Source: Mesotaenium endlicherianum (lineage: Eukaryota). Taken from it: DNA of 20,232 nucleotides. The position numbers were made by a program, and so were the translations under genes. Below are positions 11,689 to 20,232 of this stretch, piece by piece. The stretch lies in NCBI GenBank assembly GCA_009602735.1, contig WELA01001229.1, positions 168,820 to 189,051 on the forward strand, written 5' to 3'. Every line of letters starts with the position of its first letter. The first letter of the stretch is position 1. Below the pieces are notes generated by a model that was given only the letters and a program-made list of their open reading frames with translations, made no database searches and was not told the DNA's origin.

Positions 11689-12583
11689 GTTTACATCCTC
11701 AGTCCGCAGCAAGTATAGGTCACTGAGCAAGGACTCCGCGCCCCCCTGCATTACTGACTCGAAGCTTCTGACGATAACAGCTGTAACACCGATGCTATTT
11801 TCCAACTCTATACACAAAGTACAGAATTTTGTTTAAAGAGACGATCGAAATGTTAGGGTGGCGGAGTGCTCCGCTTTCCTTATCCCTTCATCATAATTTC
11901 GCATATCTGTATGAGAGACCACTCAGGCGAAGCCTTGTTTCCAGCTGTCATGAGCCTTTGCATCTCAATGGTAGTATAAAACGATATGGGATCACTAGTG
12001 CGTTGAATGGCTGGCCCAACGATCACGTTTGTATTGGTTGCCGATGTAACACGGAGTCATCAAGTGCCTCTTAAAGCCAGTTGAAAAAGCGATCACTGAA
12101 CAAGCAGACCCTGGACCTTCTCTCTATTCCTCTTCAGGGCTATGCGTCGGCCCAACAAAAGCAAGTTCAGCCAATCGGAGCTTGTTAGAACCATTAGTGG
12201 CGACGGAGATCCTCCGTGGACAAATCACCGCCAATTAGACTCTGAAAAGTGCACTTGGAAGTTTGTGAAGTTGTCCGAGAGTTTGTCTCTAGCGGTTAAC
12301 ACCGAAACTTTTTTTTCCTTCTGTTAATGACATCAGCGTGGGCACACGGTGCCACATATTCTTTGCAGACATTTCAAGATAAAATATCTTACTATTGAGG
12401 AACCTTTTGCAAAGTGCAGCTAGGTGCACACATGAATTGTTTCTTCACGTTTGTCAACCAGAATATTGATGTGGTAGGTATTTTTTTAAAATTTTTAACA
12501 CAGGCCGGTATAAGTTTCAGATGAAAATCTTCTCGGCTACGCGCGGCCATGATTTTGTCTTTACTCGTAGCTCTGACCCTGGC

Positions 12584-12990
12584 CTTGGAAGTGCTTGGAA
12601 GCACCTTGGAGGTATTGGGTCGAGGCCGGAGTGGACTGTGGGCCCTGGGGTTGCTGTGGGAGAGCCTGTAGGGGAGTGCATGGGAGAGTAGAACTGCATG
12701 CAGGCCTCTGGAAATTACTTCAGGAGGGACATTCATAACGGTGGCGTCAGCGTCGCGCCAGCTGCTGAGGAGAGTTGAAAGTGGTCGGGACTCGGAAGCA
12801 CTTTGAAGCGATCCAACGATAAGCAACCATGCAACGAAACGCAACCATGAACATCAATGAGCAACTGAAAGGATTTATGTCGTTTGCTCGCGAGCGTCGG
12901 TGCTTGTCAGAGATAGTCAGAGCAAAGCGAAGTTATTGGCTCGCCAAAGCAGGCATTGGGCTGGGCAAGTTGCTTGGAAGTGCTTGGAAG
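12584..12990. repeat. Two exact copies of the 18-mer CTTGGAAGTGCTTGGAAG (12584-12601 and 12973-12990) in the divergent intergenic region
   Basis: Read directly from the sequence. Each copy is itself a tandem of CTTGGAAG and has GAGGCCGGAG at or shortly after its end. Confidence 0.8.
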
Positions 12991-13302
12991 AGGCCGGAGC
13001 TGGGCTAGAGGTGCCCAGCATGTGCCCGGAGCCTGGAGGTGCCCGGAGGCCGCTGACTGCGCTGGGGCATTGAAAAGAGCAGGACCTGAAGAGGACTCGA
13101 AGACGTGATGAAGTTGAACCTTCGTGAAATAGCCCTACACCTCGCGTTGATGATTATAGAGTGCACGAGCTTGTAGAAGCTGTAGTTACGACCAGTGACG
13201 ACGACCAAACTTTTGCAAGTCAGCACAAATGCTTTGCCTTAGCAGAGTGTCATAGCTATTCCCCACACCATTCAGCAAGGCGGTATCGTTGTGGAAGGGA
13301 GA

Positions 13303-16300
13303 ATGAAGGTGGCCGTGGTAGGATCGGGTGTTTCAGGGCTAGTAGCAGCCTGGACGCTGGCTAAGGCAGGAGTTGAGGTTACTGTGTACGAGCGAGACGC
13401 TCACATTGGTGGGCACGCTTGCTCGACGTATGTCGAGAGCAAAATTCCGGTGGATGTTGGATTCATGGTCTTCAATAAGGTGCAGCAGACCCTATAGCAA
13501 CTCTAGTTTGTAATTTGCTGAGCATTGTGCTCTTGAGATGTAGACACAAGGCATCCGAAACCATCATTAGAAATCGTTGGTGAGGCTGCCCCTTTTCTGT
13601 ATCATGTCCTATCAGTGAGCCACCTGATGCTCAAGAATCTGCATGCTAGTTTTTCATACATCAACAAGGGTGCATTTGCGTGGGAATAAATGGGATGACA
13701 CTGCCCCACATCGAGCGCCTAATACATGTTGCTGCAATTGGTAACAGGTGACCTATCCGAATCTTGTGGCCTTCTTTGAAGAGTTGGGCGTCGAGATTGA
13801 ACCTTCTGACATGTCCTTCTCAGTCAGCCTCAACAATGGCAGTGGCTGCGAATGGGGCAGCACCAGCTTAGCAGGACTCTTTGCTCAGAAAAGAAATGCA
13901 CTCAATCCCTACTTCTTTCAAATGCTCAGAGAAATGGTGATCTTCCAGTCGGACGTTCTCAGGTATCCCTCCCGAATGAAGCCAAATCACTCAAAACTGT
14001 CAGTCAAATCAGTAGGCCGTTTTTGCAGCTAGTTTTGGAGACACAACGAATCACGTTCTAACAATCTCTCTCGACCTCATTTTCACTTTAGGTTGATCTG
14101 AAGCAAGAAAAAATAAGAAGTCTTTGGTGAATGATAAGAAAGTGCCGGAAGTAAGTGTTAAGATAGACAAAAGCGGTGTGCATTTATTTTCTGTGGACTG
14201 CATAACTCGCTCTATTGTCATGCGTGGACGTTTGGAGGAATACTAACACAAATGGCAAGGGGCACAAGTGTAGCTGTCACCAACACGTTTGTTCAAAACC
14301 GTAACACCAAGTCAACTGGAGTAATTGCGCTGCTTTTTCAACGAGAGAAAGAAAGTCACGTCTTTCGGCAGCTGCTAATCAGACACTTACACTCTCACTT
14401 TCTCCCCCTTTCTTCCCTTTCCCTCCTTTCTATGCCTCTCATTTTCCATTTTGTGAGTTGCAGATACTTAGAACAAGCAGAAGGAGGGGATGGCACGGTT
14501 GATCTGGAGGAGACACTTGGCCAGTTCCTGAGTGCCAGGGGCTACTCCCACAAGTTCCGCACGTGCTATCTGGTCCGTCAGTTAATCACTTCCCTCCCCT
14601 CCCTTCCCCTCCCCCGCTCCCCCCCCCTCCCCTCCTCTGGCATGCACGTATGCACTATTGACTTCCTAGTGCGGATCAGTGAGCTCGGGGCAAGGATTGG
14701 AAGTGACACCACCCCTGTCATCGTGGGGCCTTTCGCACCTGACTCTGCGCTACAATGTAGTCATGCATTTCCAAATGTACATGCTACGTGTATACAAAGG
14801 AATGAGCTGAAGAGGCCCAGAGGTGAAGGAAAGCGCTTGGGGAGAAAAGGGAAGGGGCAAGCGAGCGGCCACGTGTGCACAGGCAGAGGTTATGCATCAC
14901 GCAGGGACGTGGGCTGTAGAGTACTCCGAAGGTTTGCAGTGAGCGGCAAGCAAGGGCCCTAGTGTGATCCGCTTGCTGGAACTGCCGTGTTGTTGTGCTC
15001 CTGCTGTGCTGTCCTGCGCTTTTAGGACGGAAATATGCGTACGTGCATGAGCGAGGGTGGGTGGTGGTGCAGCTTGGGCTGTGTGTGCATCGTCTGAGTG
15101 GGAGGCGGGGGGGGAGTGCAGGTGCCAGTGTGCGCGTCCATCTGGTCGTGCGGGGCGGAGGGCGTGCTGGGCTGCTGCGCCTACGCGGTGCTCAGCTTCT
15201 TGCGCAACCACCACATGCTGCAGGTGTGCCTGCTCTTCCTCCCCCCCATCTGCCCCGACCTTTCGTCTCACCCCCCAAGGGCGCACTCCGAACCCCTCAA
15301 TCCAGGAGGCGGTGCAGGGTCAAGCCAGGCGAATCCGCTTGCTTGCAATGCATATGTGGCTTGGGCTGAGGAGAGTGCTGAGAACGGGTCCTTCCCTGTC
15401 TCCCCTGTCCTCTGGTAGTGGTGGCAAGAGCATTCAGCATGAGGCACTCCTGGCACTAGGAGGAGGAGGAATGCAAGGAGGGGCCATGCCATGTCGTACT
15501 CATGCCAGCTGGAGGCAGGTGCAAAGGGGAAGCAAGAATGAGGTGACATGGCAAGCGTGCACGAACGGAGTGGAGTGCAGTGGGCCCTCTCAGCTATTGC
15601 AACACCAGATGCCAGGAGTTGACAGATGGCGACCGGCACCGGTACCGTTTATTTGAGAGTCCTAGTAACATGTAGTAGAAGCCGCAGCACAGGACTTGAG
15701 GGTCTTGTCAAAAGGCATGAAGGTATCACCCTGAGAATGCAATCAAGCAGTGGGCTCTACAAAGGGGAGAGGGTAGGCGGGCACACGGAGAGTTGCAGAA
15801 GAAAGAGGCTGAACTTCAGGCAGGAAGGAACGACAAGCAGCAGCAGCCGCTGACTGAGGAGGTGCTTGTGGGGGGTGTGTGTGCTGTGGAGGGGTGACAG
15901 ATATTTGGGCGGCCCCAGTGGCTGACAGTGAAGGGGCGGTCTCAAGCTTACGTCTCCAAGGTTGGTGCTCCCCCCTCCCCCACACTGCTGCGTAGCACCG
16001 CTCCTGCTTACCCTGCCTCGCGCTCGCTTGCTCGCTCGCTCACTCACTCACTCATTCACTCACTCACTCTGCTAGGCAGGCAGGAGCGGAGTAGCCCCGC
16101 AGCATACTGGAATGATAGCCCGGGGGTTCATTGATTGATCAGATGAAGCAGGTCTGAGCGTGTGCTCCTCCTCTGCCGGATGGCGGTATCAGGTAGTGGA
16201 GGCGGTGAAGGCCAGGGGGGGGTCCTTCCGCACGGGGTGTGCTATCACGGCTGTGCATACGACTGGCGATGCCTCCTCCCCCTCAGGTTCTCCCACGCCT

Positions 16301-17520
16301 CCCTCGCTGCCCCACTCTGTACCCTCCGCCGTTTTCCTGGCTGCTGCTGCTGCCACTGTTGCCAATGCCGCTGCTGTCTTGCGCTCCTCTCTGCACCTCT
16401 AGCCGCTTAAGTGTTGGCAGGGCATACATACCCACACATAGACATACATATATGTATGCGTGTATATATCTATATGGATTTTATTTCTTGTTTGTGCTCA
16501 TCTTATAGCTGTGGATGCATATCTATGTGTATGAGTGGCACATAATAAGGTGTTGAGAATGAAAGCGTGCAACGCCCGGGCGACACCTGGGTTCTCCCTG
16601 GCTCCCCCCTCCCGCCCAGACGTGCCCTCACTGCATGCATGGGGCCATGGCCTGGATGGGCCCTCCCTCCCCCGCCCCCCCCCTCCCTCTCCTATTTCCT
16701 CTCTCATGCTTACGCATGCTCTCGACAGCGTTGCCTCTACCAGCCAACTCATGTCAGTGCTGCTTGTGCCTGCTGGGAGGAGGTGCGGCAGGCGTAAGGG
16801 TGGACGATGCTGGCGGCGCAAGTGAGCACTACGACGCATGCGTGCTGGCGGCCCACGCTCCCGACACGCTGGCGCTGCTGGGGGACGCTGCCACGCCCGC
16901 TGAGTGCTCAATCCTGGGCTCCTTCCAATACTCCCAGAGGTTGGGGCATCGTACTCCTCCACACGGACCACACACACGCGCGAAACATACAAGTATGCAT
17001 ATGCTTGTGTGAAGAAATCATCAAGGTGTGAGATGTTCACAATAATCTATAATCTTCTCTCTCTTTTTTCCCTTCATCTCCTTGTTCATGTCCTCGCAAG
17101 TCGTAGTTATAACAAGCTCCTTCTCCATGGAAGGAGGGTCTGGCTTGCCAACATTGTGTGCATGCAAGGGATAGCTGCCGTTAAGCCGACTACTCACTTA
17201 ATGCGCGAGCGAGGGTGCACGCAGCGAGATCTATCTGCACCGGGACGAGCGCCTGATGCCCAAGAGGAGGGCGGCGTGGAGCGCCTGGAACTTCCGGGGT
17301 TCCTCCTCCTCCTCCGGCAAAGTCATTGTCACCTACTGGCTCAACGCCCTCCAGGTGGCCCCTCTCTCCCCCCCCCCCCCCCCCCCCCCCCCCNNNNNNN
17401 NNNNNNNNNNNNNNNCCAGCCGTATCCCCCGCCCCCCCATCTCACAACACACACACTCTCTCTCTCTCGTATATGCACATGTATACTTCTATCTAATGTG
17501 CGCACAGATGCAGATTGACA

Positions 17521-17551
<31 letters not shown>

Positions 17552-20163
17552 GCGTGTATGTGTCGCATCATTCCACGTCCTTCCTTCAACCGTTGCTTAT
17601 CTTGTTCCTTCTTTTCTTCATGTTTCATGGAGGAATTTACAAGAAGCTGAACCCTGCATCTTGAATTAAGTGGCAAGCAGGAGGGTCACTCTTGACGGCA
17701 CTCCATGAATCTACTGACATGCACAAACCTTTCTCTTTTCTCCCTCTCTGTCTCTCTTTCTCGCGCATGCGTGTCGATATGAGTGCATAACATATGAACC
17801 ACACGTATACATGTTGTCTGCACACAAGCTGCATGAGGCAATGCCTGCACTTACGAGGAGAAGGAGCCTTCATCTCGCGGGGTATTGCAGAACCTGGGGG
17901 ACACAGGCGCAGCCGTGCTGGTCACGCTCAACCCCGAGGTGACGCCCGCGCACGTGGTGCGCCAGTGGACCACGTCGCATCCCGTGCCGTCGCCGGCGGC
18001 TGCTGCAGCTGCCCGCCGGATGCACTCCATCCAGGGCCAGCGCAAGCTGTGGTTCTGCGGTGCTTATGAGGGCAAGCGTCTCCCTCCCCCCCCCTCCCCC
18101 GTCCCTCTCTCTCTCTCTCTCCCCTCTCTCCCTCTCTCTCTTTCTCTGCCTCTACCTCTTTGCTGCTGCAACCCAGCAGAACATCATGGTGAGCGTGGGT
18201 TAAGCAGATTTGAGGATGTGGTGTGATGACATTACGTGTGCTGCGGCGACGTGGCCCGCCTGCACCCCAGTCAGCAACTGTCTTGCATCGGGCCTGAGGC
18301 CACGAGTAAGCCGAGGTTGCTGACTGTGCTGAAGGTCTGGATGATGTGGCATGCATGCAGGCTACGGCTTCCATGAAGACGGCTTCAAGGTGAGCCCCCC
18401 CCTCCCCTCCTCCCCCTCTCGCCCCCTGCCCCCCTCGNNNNNNNNNNNNNNNNNNNNNNNNNNNNNNNNNNNNNNNNNNNNNNNNNNNNNNNNNNNNNNN
18501 NNNNNNNNNNNNNNNNNNNNNNNNNNNNNNNNNNNNNNNNNNNNNNNNNNNNNNNNNNNNNNNNNNNNNNNNNNNNNNNNNNNNNNNNNNNNNNNNNNNN
18601 NNNNNNNNNNNNNNNNNNNNNNNNNNNNNNNNNNNNNNNNNNNNNNNNNNNNNNNNNNNNNNNNNNNNNNNNNNNNNNNNNNNNNNNNNNNNNNNNNNNN
18701 NNNNNNNNNNNNNNNNNNNNNNNNNNNNNNNNNNNNNNNNNNNNNNNNNNNNNNNNNNNNNNNNNNNNNNNNNNNNNNNNNNNNNNNNNNNNNNNNNNNN
18801 NNNNNNNNNNNNNCCCTCGCCCCCCCCCTTCCTTCTCCCGATCCTCCCCAAACACAACACCATAGACATCCTCGCACGCACGCCCGCATGTCAATAGAGT
18901 TTGCTTGCGTGGGGGTGCGGACCTAGCACATGACGGCTTTATGCTGGCCTAAAGAGAGCAGGCTTTAGCGACGATCTCGTCCCTCATCCTCACCAATCTT
19001 AGGGGCTCTCATTGAGGAAGGGGTGCAGGCAGGAGCCGGTGCAGCCAGGGCGCTCCTGGGTGAGGCGTATGTGGCGCTACCAAATGAGCGCCACATGGTG
19101 GCCACGTGGTCCCAGGCGGGCGCCCGCGTTGCTGTGCTGGCGTTCCTCAAGGGCTTCGTCCAGCAGGGCGAGCTGACGTGGGTTCCCTCCTTGCACACCC
19201 TGCCCTCTGCCCACCTCTCTCTTCCTCAGCCTATTTGTATGCAGACACGCAGCCATCTAGAAAAGGTGGAGGGTTGGGGTCGTGTTTAAGGTTATTAGTT
19301 ATTGGGTTGTAGCTTATGGTTCAAAGTGGGGGTTGGATGGGGGTGGGGATTGAGGGTGTAGGCCTCCATGTGTTTGGGAAAGAGGTTTGCACCACAGCCA
19401 AGGAGATGGATGCATTCGTGTTGGCATGTCATTGCGCAACAATGGCCTGAGTGCCTGCCTGTGGCCTCTGTCGAGGGTGCGGTGCTCGACCTCGCAGCCT
19501 GACTATTATCAGTACACATGGCAAGCAGACGCTGACGGAGAGTGCGTGTGGCTGAGGGAGGGGGGAGGGGGGGGGGAGCAGCATACACGAAGCGGGAGGC
19601 ACAGTCATCCGCATGGGCTCAGCGCCGCCTGCTGTAGCAGCAGCTGGGGGTGGCAAGGCGGGTGGCGCGCGGCCGCAGCCCTCTTGGCCGCAGTGTCTCC
19701 TGCTGGTGCAGAGCCCCGACTTCTACTGGAAGGTACAACCCCCCCTTCCTGCTACCCCCTGCTTCTCTTGTAGCGAGTAAGCTCACCCCGTTTGTGGCAG
19801 CAGCAGCATCTTCCTCTGTCTTCTCCTCTCTAAGTTCTTCTTCTCAAAGCACACACATCCTGCTGATCAGAATTGTGCGCGTGGCGCTTCCACCCGGGGG
19901 AGTGGTGACTATGCGGCGGTCGTGTTCCTGTGGCGGACGACACCTCTCGCACAGCGCTTTGCACATGGTCAATCCATCACATGGCTCAGATACGCCTGCT
20001 TGCCCGTCCACCAAGTGGGTGGCAATCTGAGTGCCGCAGGCAATTGCCGTGTGCATGTGCTTGCCAGGTGGCAACGAGGTCGGACCTTGGGCTGGCAGAT
20101 GCGTACATTGACGGCGATTTCCGTTGCCACGGGGGCAGCGATGGGCTCCTCGCCTTCCTCCTC
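13303..20163 (+). CDS. Two-domain cyclopropane-fatty-acyl-phospholipid synthase-like protein (N-terminal FAD amine-oxidase-type domain plus start of CFA synthase/SAM methyltransferase region); 3' end beyond the window
   Basis: Thirteen phase-consistent exons: 13303-13479, 13748-13962, 14464-14572, 15122-15223, 15901-15960, 16193-16286, 16792-16939, 17225-17354, 17891-18071, 18361-18389, 19029-19177, 19582-19732, 20068-20163 (547 codons). Motifs: MKVAVVGSGVSGL..VYE..IGGH (FAD Rossmann fold); VDVGFMVFNKVTYPN; SDMSFSVS; NHHMLQIFGRPQWLTV; AWSAWN; VTYWLN; WFCGAYEGYGFHEDG. These are followed by SPDFYWKVATRSDLGLADAYIDGDF, which marks entry into the CFA-synthase part of plant two-domain CPS proteins. 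Confidence 0.93.
16017..16068. repeat. (CTCG)n(CTCA)n tetranucleotide tract in an intron
   Basis: ctcgcgctcgcttgctcgctcgctcactcactcactcattcactcactcact. Confidence 0.8.
17394..17415. other. Assembly gap after an intronic poly-C run
   Basis: Run of N. Confidence 0.99.
18072..18360 (+). other. GC-AG intron in the oxidase-CFA synthase gene
   Basis: Donor TATGAGG|GCAAGC, acceptor atgcag|GCTAC. The join restores the conserved CGAYEGYGFHEDG. Confidence 0.85.
18438..18813. other. Assembly gap inside an intron of the oxidase-CFA synthase gene
   Basis: Run of N flanked by C-rich tracts; the flanking exons join in frame (EDGFK|AGAGAA). Confidence 0.99.
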
Positions 20164-20232
20164 GTGCGTGCCCCACGGCAAAACTCTCTCCCTATTTCTC
20201 CTCCCCTTCTCCCCCCCTCCGCCCCCCTCCGC

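Noticed and set aside
12392..12844. 150-aa minus ORF with a signal-peptide-like start in the divergent intergenic region
   Set aside because: It starts at TTG rather than ATG, has no recognisable domain and no convincing splice link to the desaturase. A small gene or 5' UTR exon cannot be fully excluded without RNA data.
12584..13045. CRISPR-like or transposon-terminal reading of the intergenic repeats
   Set aside because: Only two spaced copies, no regular spacers, no terminal inverted repeats, target-site duplication or transposase, and the context is eukaryotic.

Overview
Eukaryotic, intron-rich nuclear DNA with microsatellites, poly-C/G tracts and three assembly gaps. Gene content and sequence style suggest a green-lineage organism, probably a streptophyte alga (inference). 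Most ORFs in the supplied track are spurious; splicing by hand gives four genes. (1) Minus strand, 134-3627: the 5' part of a PHO1-type SPX(-EXS) phosphate exporter, running off the left edge, with candidate uORFs. (2) Plus strand, 5011-6333: a ~169-aa, three-exon, probably thylakoid two-helix protein of unknown function. (3) Minus strand, 6876-11688: a ten-exon three-His-box fatty-acid desaturase that reads more like bacterial acyl-CoA desaturases than plant ADS/FAD5. (4) Plus strand, from 13303: an FAD-oxidoreductase fused to a cyclopropane-fatty-acid-synthase/methyltransferase domain, running off the right edge. Genes 3 and 4 sit head-to-head ~1.6 kb apart. They are the best candidate for an undescribed system: a small eukaryotic cluster for modified (furan, cyclopropane/-ene or methyl-branched) fatty acids. 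Many introns are also unusual, being C-rich after the donor and G-rich before the acceptor, and two are GC-AG introns.
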